From the NCBI GenBank assembly GCA_012729975.1, contig JAAYBW010000058.1, positions 1-51,854 on the forward strand: a stretch of DNA of 51,854 bases. The letters run 5' to 3'. The notes under the pieces were generated by a model. The model made no database searches, was not told the origin of the DNA, and worked only from the letters and a program-made list of their open reading frames with translations. Each line of letters starts with the position of its first letter. Within the stretch, counting starts at the first letter, position 1. This stretch comes from Clostridiales bacterium. GTDB lineage: Bacteria > Bacillota > Clostridia > Oscillospirales > Oscillospiraceae. Position numbers and translations under genes: made by a program. This document shows, piece after piece, positions 27,419-35,179 of the stretch.

Positions 27419-28510
27419 GTGAAACTGGGTATTGTAGGACTCCCCAACGTAGGGAAAAGCACGCTGTTTAATGCGCTTACGGGAACGAAGGCAGAGACAA
27501 CTGCCTATGCGTTTTCGACGATAACACCCAATATCGGAGTTGTTAAGGTGCCTGATACGAGGCTCGACTGGCTTGCAGAGCATTACAATCCTCAAAAATA
27601 TACACCGGCTACCATAGAATTCGTAGACATTGCGGGGCTTGCAAAGGGTGCTTCGAGAGGCGAGGGTATGGGGAATAAATTCCTCTCTCATATACGTCAG
27701 ACAGATGCGTTGGTACATGTGGTTCGATGCTTCGACAACTATGCGCTGTACGGTGACGAATCGGCTGATGCAAAGCGTGATGTTGAGATTCTTGATCTTG
27801 AATTAGTCCTTGCGGACCTTGAAGTCGTGCAAAGAAGGTTGGAAAAGGCAAAAAAGAACGCTAAGGGCGGAGATAAAACCTACGCTCATGAAGCTGAGCT
27901 GTGTGAGGAGCTGATGGCACATCTCGGCGAGGGGCATCCGGCGCGTTATTTTAAGTTTTCCTCAGAGGACAAGAACATTTTAAGCGACGGCGGGCTGTTA
28001 TCGCTTAAGCCGGTAATATATGCGGCTAACCTCGATGAAGACGGTTATGCGAATAAGGATGATAACAAGTGCATTGCCGCTCTTCGTAAAATCGCCGAGG
28101 CGGAACACTCATCCGTGCTCCCGATTTGCGCGCGCCTTGAAGAAGACCTGTGCGGCATGGAAGTTGAGGAAAAACAGATCTTTCTCGATGAACTGGGTAT
28201 AACCGAAACAGGTCTTGATCAGTTGATAAGATGTTCTTATTCTCTGCTTGGGTTGATCTCATTTCTTACTGCCGGCAGGGACGAAGTGAGGGCATGGACA
28301 ATAACAGAGGGGACAAAGGCGCCGAAAGCTGCGGGGAAAATACATACGGATTTTGAGAAGGGCTTTATCAGGGCAGAGGTAGTAGCCTTTGATGACTTAA
28401 AAACATACGGCAATATGAATGCGGCAAAAGAGAAGGGGCTTGTTCGAAGGGAAGGTAAGGATTATGTCATGAAGGACGGAGACGTAGTCCAGTTTCTGTT
28501 TTCCAGATGA
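27419..28510 (+). CDS. ychF: Ribosome-binding ATPase YchF
   Basis: It begins (M)KLGIVGLPNVGKSTLFNALT and has a TGS-like C-terminus. The start is GTG at 27419. Confidence 0.95.
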   Translation: MKLGIVGLPNVGKSTLFNALTGTKAETTAYAFSTITPNIGVVKVPDTRLDWLAEHYNPQKYTPATIEFVDIAGLAKGASRGEGMGNKFLSHIRQTDALVHVVRCFDNYALYGDESADAKRDVEILDLELVLADLEVVQRRLEKAKKNAKGGDKTYAHEAELCEELMAHLGEGHPARYFKFSSEDKNILSDGGLLSLKPVIYAANLDEDGYANKDDNKCIAALRKIAEAEHSSVLPICARLEEDLCGMEVEEKQIFLDELGITETGLDQLIRCSYSLLGLISFLTAGRDEVRAWTITEGTKAPKAAGKIHTDFEKGFIRAEVVAFDDLKTYGNMNAAKEKGLVRREGKDYVMKDGDVVQFLFSR

Positions 28511-29223
28511 AGCAGGGGGTTAAAAATCGCATTCAGCTCATTGACGCGGCCCGAGGGATTTGCGTGCTGCTGATGGTTCTGCATCACCTGATGTATGACT
28601 TGGTAGTTTTTCTTGGCTTCCCGGAATGGATTTTTACTAATCCGGTTCTTGATATTCTTCACTATTTTTTCGCAGGACTGTTTATTTTTATATCCGGAAT
28701 AGCATCCGATTTTTCGCGCAGTAATGTCAAGCGGGGCCTTTTATGTCTGGCAGCGGCGTTGGCTATAACCCTCGTAACGTGGCTGATGGATATGATTATT
28801 GTTTTCGGGATTCTGCACTTCCTCGGATTCTGTATGGTCTTTTACGGATTGACTTACAAACTGTGGGACGCAATTCCAAGGAAAATCGCGCCTGTTCTTT
28901 ATCTGATCCTGCTTGCGGCCTCTGCCTTTATCGTTAACAGATACGGGTCCTTTGTGGAAAGCCGTTGGCTCTGGATGTTCGGTTTTGTATACAACGGTTT
29001 TTCCTCCGCGGACTATTTCCCGATACTTCCCTGGATTTTTGTTTTTCTAGCGGGGACTTGGCTCGGTAAATATATCAAAGAGGGCAAAATGCCGGATAAG
29101 TTTTATACGGCCAAAGTGCCTTATTTCCCGAGTATCGGCAGAAAAGCACTGATTATATATATTATTCACCAGCCCGTGCTGTATGCGGCGACAATGCTTA
29201 TCGCAAAAATGCTTGACAAATAG
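28507..29223 (+). CDS. Polytopic membrane protein, DUF1624 / heparan-alpha-glucosaminide N-acetyltransferase-like
   Basis: The N-terminus RIQLIDAARGICVLLMVLHH is typical of DUF1624 acyltransferase-like proteins. It has 6-7 TM helices and an ATGA overlap with ychF. Confidence 0.7.
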   Translation: MKQGVKNRIQLIDAARGICVLLMVLHHLMYDLVVFLGFPEWIFTNPVLDILHYFFAGLFIFISGIASDFSRSNVKRGLLCLAAALAITLVTWLMDMIIVFGILHFLGFCMVFYGLTYKLWDAIPRKIAPVLYLILLAASAFIVNRYGSFVESRWLWMFGFVYNGFSSADYFPILPWIFVFLAGTWLGKYIKEGKMPDKFYTAKVPYFPSIGRKALIIYIIHQPVLYAATMLIAKMLDK

Positions 29224-29289
29224 GCTCAATGGTGCTATCAAATATGTATTTTCCATGTCTGTCGTATGGATGTGGACAGGAGGGCTTTT

Positions 29290-31209
29290 ATGATTAAAAT
29301 CTTACTAAAAGACGGCAAGACTATAGAAGTTGAAAAGGGAACAACATGTGCGGCTGTAGCCGCCGACATATCCGAAGGCCTTGCCAGAGTGTCTTTGGCC
29401 GCGGAAGTGGACGGAGCGGTCGTTGGGCTGTCTCACCCGCTGCAGTCAGACTGTAAACTTCGCTTTTTAACCTTTGAAGATGAAGGCGGACGCCTTGCGT
29501 ACAGGCATACTGCGTCTCATGTTCTTGCGCAGGCAGTGAAACGGCTGTATCCGGAGGCTAAGCTCGCTATAGGTCCGGCTATTGCAGACGGTTTTTATTA
29601 TGATATCGACAGCGAGATCCCATTTACAGCTGACAAACTGGAACAGATTGAAGCCGAGATGAAAAAAATCATCAAGGAAAACATACCTCTTGAACGTTTT
29701 GAGCTTCCCAGAGGTGAGGCTTTGGCTCTGACGGGAAAGCTTAATGAACCTTATAAGACAGAGCTCATAAACGATCTGCCGGAGGATGCTGTAATCAGTT
29801 TTTATAAACAAGCTGCGTTTACCGATCTTTGCGCCGGACCACACCTTCCGTCAACGGGAAAACTCAAGGCTAATGCAATTAAGCTTACATCCTGCACAGG
29901 CGCTTACTGGCGCGGCGACTCAAGCAGAAAAATGCTTCAGCGGATATACGGTACCTGCTTTGCGAAAAAGGAAGAGCTTGACGCTTATCTTGCGAGGATT
30001 GAAGAAGCAAAAAAAAGAGATCACAGGAAGCTTGGCAAGGAGCTGGGACTCTTCACGCTCCTCGATGAGGGGCCGGGATTTCCGTTTTTCCTTCCAAAGG
30101 GTATGGTCGTTAAGAATACGCTTATAGATTACTGGCGCGAAATTCATAAAAAGGCGGGATACCACGAAATATCCACGCCCATTATCCTCAACCGTGATCT
30201 CTGGCAGAGGAGCGGACATTGGGGTCATTACAAAAACAATATGTATACCACAGTTATTGACAAAGAGGATTTCGCTATAAAACCAATGAACTGTCCCGGC
30301 GGTATGCTTGTGTATAAGCAGGAAATGCATTCCTACAGGGATTTCCCCCTTCGTGTCGGCGAACTCGGCCTGGTACACAGGCATGAGCTTTCCGGAGCGC
30401 TGCATGGCCTGATGAGGGTCCGCTGTTTTACACAAGACGATGCGCATATATTCATGACCCCGGATCAGGTCAAAGATGAAATCAAGGGCGTCGTCTCCAT
30501 AATCGATGAGGTTTATACGCTCTTCGGTTTCCCTTATCACCTTGAGGTCTCCACAATGCCTGAGGATCATATAGGTGAGGCGGAGGATTGGGATAAGGCG
30601 ACGGGTACACTTATAGAGGCCTTGACAGAGATGGGCAAGCCCTATGTGATCAATGAGGGTGACGGCGCGTTTTACGGTCCGAAGATTGATTTTCATCTTG
30701 AAGATTGTATTGGAAGAACCTGGCAATGCGGAACGATTCAGCTTGACTTTCAGATGCCAGAGCTCTTTGAGCTTGAGTATATCGGCGCAGACGGACTAGC
30801 GCACAGACCGGTTATGATTCATAGAGTTGTATTCGGAAGTATAGAACGTTTCATCGGTATACTGACGGAACATTTTGCGGGTGCATTCCCGCTTTGGCTT
30901 GCTCCGGTACAGGTTGTGGTAATGCCTATAACCGACCGATGCACTCAATATGCGGACAGTATTAAGGACGCTTTGTGCAACGATGGCTTCCGCGTCGATA
31001 CAGACCTCAGAAATGAGAAAATAGGATATAAGATACGCGAAGCACAGCTTCAAAAAGTACCTTATATGGTAATTGTCGGCGACAAAGAAGCGGATAGCGG
31101 TCTGATTTCCGTACGTTCCCGGAGCGGAGGAGATCTCGGCAGCATGACTTTGAACGAATTTGCGGAGAGGCTCAAAGCCGAAAGACAGTCAAGATCCAAC
31201 GGAGTATGA
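29290..31209 (+). CDS. thrS: Threonyl-tRNA synthetase
   Basis: It has a TGS domain (MIKILLKDGKTIEV), a second additional domain, class II motifs and an anticodon-binding C-terminus. I trimmed the start to ATG 29290, which has AGGAGGG upstream. Confidence 0.97.
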   Translation: MIKILLKDGKTIEVEKGTTCAAVAADISEGLARVSLAAEVDGAVVGLSHPLQSDCKLRFLTFEDEGGRLAYRHTASHVLAQAVKRLYPEAKLAIGPAIADGFYYDIDSEIPFTADKLEQIEAEMKKIIKENIPLERFELPRGEALALTGKLNEPYKTELINDLPEDAVISFYKQAAFTDLCAGPHLPSTGKLKANAIKLTSCTGAYWRGDSSRKMLQRIYGTCFAKKEELDAYLARIEEAKKRDHRKLGKELGLFTLLDEGPGFPFFLPKGMVVKNTLIDYWREIHKKAGYHEISTPIILNRDLWQRSGHWGHYKNNMYTTVIDKEDFAIKPMNCPGGMLVYKQEMHSYRDFPLRVGELGLVHRHELSGALHGLMRVRCFTQDDAHIFMTPDQVKDEIKGVVSIIDEVYTLFGFPYHLEVSTMPEDHIGEAEDWDKATGTLIEALTEMGKPYVINEGDGAFYGPKIDFHLEDCIGRTWQCGTIQLDFQMPELFELEYIGADGLAHRPVMIHRVVFGSIERFIGILTEHFAGAFPLWLAPVQVVVMPITDRCTQYADSIKDALCNDGFRVDTDLRNEKIGYKIREAQLQKVPYMVIVGDKEADSGLISVRSRSGGDLGSMTLNEFAERLKAERQSRSNGV

Positions 31210-31294
31210 TTTCCATCTTCGGTTAAAATTGCATAGAATATATAGACGAGCCCCTTCGTACAATAATTACGGCAAAGTACGGAGGGGTTTAACC

Positions 31295-31963
31295 ATGAAC
31301 AAGAAAAAACTCAGTGTGGCGCTGGCAATCATATTCGCGCTGAATATAGTGATAATAGTTTTCATACAAAATAATGTTTCCGCGCAGGCGGCTGTTTATA
31401 AAAAGGGGAGTACGGGCTCCACTGTCACGGAAATACAGACAAGATTAAGTAAATGGGGCTATTACTCGGGTAAGATCGACGGTATATACGGGAGCCGCAC
31501 CGCTTCGGCAATCAGCAAATTTCAAAAAAACAACGGACTGAAGGCAGACGGAATCTGCGGACCGCAAACGCTTTCCGCGCTTGGTATAAACGCCTCGCAG
31601 GACTCCTCATCCGACTCACAGGTTAATTTGCTGGCAAGGCTTATATCGGCAGAAGCAAGAGGGGAGCCATATATAGGACAGGTTGCTGTAGGTGCTGTAG
31701 TACTCAACAGAATAGAGCACCCTTCTTTTCCGAGTTCTCTTTCCAGCGTAATATATCAAGCGGGAGCATTCACTTGCGTTACTGACGGCCAGTTGAGCAA
31801 ACCTGTTTCCGAGAGCGCATACAGAGCCGCAAGAGACGCGCTTAACGGATGGGATCCCTCCGGAGGTGCGATATATTATTTTAACCCGGCAACCGCCACA
31901 AGCTCCTGGATTTGGTCTCGTCCGCTCATAACGGTAATAGGGAAACACAGATTCTGCAGCTGA
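31295..31963 (+). CDS. SleB/CwlJ-family cell wall hydrolase with peptidoglycan-binding domain
   Basis: It has a signal/TM sequence, a PG_binding_1-like repeat (GSTGSTVTEIQTRLSKWGYYSGKIDGIYG..T..A...FQ) and a Hydrolase_2 region (ARLISAEARGEPY.GQVAVGAVVLNR). I trimmed the start to ATG 31295, with GGAGGGG upstream. Confidence 0.8.
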   Translation: MNKKKLSVALAIIFALNIVIIVFIQNNVSAQAAVYKKGSTGSTVTEIQTRLSKWGYYSGKIDGIYGSRTASAISKFQKNNGLKADGICGPQTLSALGINASQDSSSDSQVNLLARLISAEARGEPYIGQVAVGAVVLNRIEHPSFPSSLSSVIYQAGAFTCVTDGQLSKPVSESAYRAARDALNGWDPSGGAIYYFNPATATSSWIWSRPLITVIGKHRFCS

Positions 31964-32026
31964 TAAAAATCCGCATTATAATAAATAGGTATCATTGACA
32001 GTATATGCACTTTTCGCCCAAGGCCG

Positions 32027-32072
32027 CAGCCCGAGCCTCGTAAGGCATATTTGCCTTACGAGGCTCGGGCTG
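32027..32072. terminator. Bidirectional terminator hairpin between the sleB-like gene and dapB
   Basis: cagcccgagcctcgtaaggca-tattt-gccttacgaggctcgggctg forms a stem of about 20 bp between convergent genes. Confidence 0.8.
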
Positions 32073-32124
32073 TTGGGTATGAAGAATTTATAATGTAAAC
32101 AGAGCACCGGATCGGACAGATGGA

Positions 32125-32892
32125 CTAATAAAGGAAAATATCACCCATATCATACATACCGGCTTCTTTTTGCAACGCCAAAAACTTTGCAGCGCGTATA
32201 GCGCCGGCAGCGAATATGTCTCGGGAGAAAACGCTGTGTTTTAGTTCGATTACTTCATCGTTGCCCGCGAAGATAACAGTATGCTCACCGGGTATTGTAC
32301 CGGCACGGACAGATGAAAGGCCGATTGTGCCCTTGTCCCGGGGAGTTGAAAGGCTGTGTCTTTCATATACACGAGGACAACGGCGCTCAAGACCCGCGTC
32401 GGCAGCGTCGGCAAGCATCAGAGCTGTGCCGCTCGGAGCATCAACTTTGCGGTTATGGTGCTTTTCAACAATCTCGATATCAAAATCTTCTCCGAGGAAT
32501 GCCGCAGACCTTTTTATCAGGTCAATAAGAAGGTTTATCCCAAGAGACATGTTGCCGGACTTAAAAACCGGTATTCGATTAGCGGCCTCGCTGATTGCGG
32601 ACAGCTGCGATTCGCTGTGTCCTGTTGTGCATATAACAGCCGGCATTGAATTTCTTAAACAGAAATCCAGCAGAGGGGTCAATGCCGCCGGAGACGAAAA
32701 ATCAATAAGAACATCGGCAGATTCCGATAACATACCGAAAGAATCGTATACGGGGAAATCGGAATACTTAACGGCTGCCCGGTCAACACCTGCTGCGACT
32801 CTGATATCTTTGTCCTTTTCGCACAGATCGGCAATAACCCTTCCCATATGACCACAGCAGCCGGAGATAATAACCTTTGTCATTGTTGTCAC
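32125..32892 (-). CDS. dapB: 4-hydroxy-tetrahydrodipicolinate reductase
   Basis: It has the N-terminal Rossmann motif VIISGCCGHMGR and the DapB core EKHHNRKVDAPSGTA. Confidence 0.93.
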   Translation of the reverse strand: MTTMTKVIISGCCGHMGRVIADLCEKDKDIRVAAGVDRAAVKYSDFPVYDSFGMLSESADVLIDFSSPAALTPLLDFCLRNSMPAVICTTGHSESQLSAISEAANRIPVFKSGNMSLGINLLIDLIKRSAAFLGEDFDIEIVEKHHNRKVDAPSGTALMLADAADAGLERRCPRVYERHSLSTPRDKGTIGLSSVRAGTIPGEHTVIFAGNDEVIELKHSVFSRDIFAAGAIRAAKFLALQKEAGMYDMGDIFLY

Positions 32893-32903
32893 CAGTCTTT
32901 TTA

Positions 32904-33803
32904 TTAATCTTGAACAACTATGTCTAACCCTGTTTCAAGCATTACATTTTTAAGCATTTCAAGGTGTGCCGGCTCAATTTCACAAAGTGGGAGGCGATAT
33001 CCGCCTACATTCATGCCGAGCAGATTCATCGCGGCCTTGACAGGGATGGGGTTAACCTCTATGAACATGGCATCCATGAGCTTTGCGTATTTAAAAGATA
33101 ATTCTCTGGCGGCCTTAAAGTCATTTTTCAAGCAAAGATCACATAGCTCTGCCATGACTTTCGGCAGAAAGTTACCCATGACAGACACAGTTCCCTTACC
33201 CCCCAGAGCCATGCAGGCAACGGTATATACATCGTCGCCGGCCCAGAAATAAAAGTCGTCGGCACAAAGAGCCATTGTCTGCGTCATTAGGTTAACGTCT
33301 TTCGAGGCTTCTTTTACGCCGTTTATATAAGGGTGTTTGGAAAGCTCATAGAATGTTTGCGCAGTTGCCGTCATAGTCGTGCGGCTGGGGACATGATAGA
33401 TCATAATAGGTAAATTAACATGGTCGGCGATATGGTAATAGTGTTTTATAAGTCCCAACTGCGTAGTCCTGTTATAATATGGCGTCACGCACAGCAGACC
33501 GTCGGCACCCGAGGCTTTTGCGGCCTTGCCCATTGTAACCGCGGCATTTGTGTCATTGCTGCCGGAGCCCGCAATAACTTTAATGCGGCCTGCAGCGTGT
33601 TTTACGGTGAAATCGACTACCTCGATGTGTTCGTCTATTCCCTGCGTTGAGCACTCGCCGGTCGTTCCGTTGACTATTATAGCAGCCGAACCTCCGGATA
33701 TCTGAAAATCGATCACCTGAGCAAGTTTTTCATAATTAACGCCGGTGTCGGTGTAGGGAGTAATAATAGCGACTGAAGAACCAATAAAAAGCGGTGTTTT
33801 CAT
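32904..33803 (-). CDS. dapA: 4-hydroxy-tetrahydrodipicolinate synthase
   Basis: It has the GTTGE motif, and both length and composition fit DapA/NAL-family lyases. Confidence 0.95.
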   Translation of the reverse strand: MKTPLFIGSSVAIITPYTDTGVNYEKLAQVIDFQISGGSAAIIVNGTTGECSTQGIDEHIEVVDFTVKHAAGRIKVIAGSGSNDTNAAVTMGKAAKASGADGLLCVTPYYNRTTQLGLIKHYYHIADHVNLPIMIYHVPSRTTMTATAQTFYELSKHPYINGVKEASKDVNLMTQTMALCADDFYFWAGDDVYTVACMALGGKGTVSVMGNFLPKVMAELCDLCLKNDFKAARELSFKYAKLMDAMFIEVNPIPVKAAMNLLGMNVGGYRLPLCEIEPAHLEMLKNVMLETGLDIVVQD

Positions 33804-33821
33804 CGGGCATCCCCCTAATGC

Positions 33822-34907
33822 TTATTTTGCTGTGATATATCCCTCGGCGCATAAAAGCTCTGCAAGAAGCACGGAACCACCGGCAGCACCCCTTAAGGTA
33901 TTGTGGGAAAGACAAACGAACTTGTAGTCATACTGCGAATCTTCGCGCAGACGGCCTATAGAAACGGCCATACCGTTTTCGAGCATACGGTCAAGGCGGG
34001 TCTGCGGACGGTCGGACTGCTCAAAATAATGAAGAAATTTATTCGGAGCGGACGGAAGGGACAGCTGCGAGACAGAGCTTGAAAAGTTATCCCATGCGGA
34101 AAGGATTTCTTCTTTAGACGGCTTATTGCTCAATGCCATAAATACAGCGGCCATATGCCCGTCAGAAACGGGAACGCGCAGACATTGCGCTGTTATTGCC
34201 GGAGAAGATGCGTTGACAATGACACCATTCTCGATACTGCCCCAGAGTTTAAGCGGTTCTTTTTCGGATTTTTCTTCCTCCCCGCCAATATAGGGAATCA
34301 CATTGTCGAGCATTTCCGGCCATCTTTCAAAAGTTTTCCCCGCGCCTGAAATAGCCTGATATGTGCATACAAGCGCTTTTTCAAGGCCAAACCCCAAAAG
34401 CGGGTGAAGTGCCGGAACATAACTTTGCAGCGAGCAGTTTGACTTAACCGCTATGAATCCGCGCTTTGTTCCCAACCTTTTCCTTTGAGATTCTATGATG
34501 CCGGTATGCTGGGGATTAATTTCCGGAACTATCATCGGGACATCCGGTGTCCAGCGGTGAGCGCTGTTGTTTGATACGACCGGAGTCTCGAGCTTTGCGT
34601 AAGCATCTTCCATATTGCGTATTTCATCTTTTGTCATATCAACCGCTGAAAATACAAAGTCGACCTGCGAGGAGATTTTTTCGGCATCACCTGTGGCATC
34701 CGAAACTAATAGATTTCTAACTCTATCAGGTATCGGCTCCGACATAGCCCATCTGCCGGCAACAGCTTCCTCATAAGTTTTGCCCGCGCTCTTCGGACTG
34801 GCTGCAACAACAGTCAGTTCAAACCACGGATGATTTGCGGTAAGCAAAATAAAGCGCTGTCCGACCATCCCGGTTGCACCAAGTATACCTATTTTGTACT
34901 TATTCAT
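33822..34907 (-). CDS. asd: Aspartate-semialdehyde dehydrogenase
   Basis: It has GILGATGMVGQ and the active-site region SNCSLQ. It is the first gene of the asd-dapA-dapB operon. Confidence 0.95.
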   Translation of the reverse strand: MNKYKIGILGATGMVGQRFILLTANHPWFELTVVAASPKSAGKTYEEAVAGRWAMSEPIPDRVRNLLVSDATGDAEKISSQVDFVFSAVDMTKDEIRNMEDAYAKLETPVVSNNSAHRWTPDVPMIVPEINPQHTGIIESQRKRLGTKRGFIAVKSNCSLQSYVPALHPLLGFGLEKALVCTYQAISGAGKTFERWPEMLDNVIPYIGGEEEKSEKEPLKLWGSIENGVIVNASSPAITAQCLRVPVSDGHMAAVFMALSNKPSKEEILSAWDNFSSSVSQLSLPSAPNKFLHYFEQSDRPQTRLDRMLENGMAVSIGRLREDSQYDYKFVCLSHNTLRGAAGGSVLLAELLCAEGYITAK

Positions 34908-34976
34908 ATATATCCGCCCCCATACCCATCATATGCCTGCAGCGAGCGTATAGCCGCTGTAAGATTACGGTAAAGT

Positions 34977-35012
34977 AAAAATATAATCAGCAGGTTGAAA
35001 TCCCGGCTGATT
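34977..35012 (-). terminator. Terminator-like hairpin plus U-run inside the asd 5' leader (candidate attenuator)
   Basis: On the minus strand: AATCAGCCGG-GATTTCAA-CCTGCTGATT (10-bp stem, one mismatch) followed by ATATTTTT. It lies about 70 nt upstream of the asd ATG and about 85 nt downstream of the predicted TSS. Confidence 0.45.
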
Positions 35013-35100
35013 CTACTGTATAATACCCGAAACAAGATATTATGCGTTTTCTCGGGTTGCTCACGCTTATTACTGTTTCTTTCAAACTGAATTACTGTTT

Positions 35101-35129
35101 ATAATATCACTATATACCGACTGTGTCAA
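35101..35129 (-). promoter_or_regulatory. Candidate sigma-A promoter for asd-dapA-dapB
   Basis: On the minus strand: TTGACA (35124..35129), a 17-nt spacer, then TATTAT (35101..35106). A plus-strand TATAAT at 35100..35105 overlaps this -10. Confidence 0.5.
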
Positions 35130-35160
35130 TACATATAGCCGGACCGGATTAATGACACAG
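35121..35160. repeat. Inverted repeat ctgtgtcaat-N20-aatgacacag overlapping the asd -35 and lying in the spoIID-like 5' UTR
   Basis: The arms pair at 9 of 10 positions, and the centre contains the palindrome ccggaccgg. Confidence 0.6.
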
Positions 35161-35179
35161 CAGCAATGGGAGCTATGCC

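Noticed and set aside
27170-27718. A 182-aa minus-strand ORF spanning the ftsH 3' end, the terminator and the ychF 5' end.
   Set aside because: It crosses an intrinsic terminator and two confidently called plus-strand genes, and has no homology features.
29920-30726. A 268-aa ORF antisense to thrS.
   Set aside because: It lies entirely inside the well-supported thrS coding region, has no RBS or family resemblance, and its composition mirrors the sense-strand codons. Long antisense ORFs are a common artefact opposite highly constrained genes.
32216-32851. A 211-aa ORF antisense to dapB, plus two nested plus-strand ORFs.
   Set aside because: It sits opposite a confidently identified dapB. It is Ser/Arg/Pro-rich and low in complexity, with no start context.
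34908-35100. A lysine (L-box) riboswitch upstream of asd-dapA-dapB.
   Set aside because: It was expected from pathway knowledge, but I could not find the conserved L-box core strings by eye, so I do not call it. I report a generic structured leader instead. A covariance-model scan is needed to be sure.
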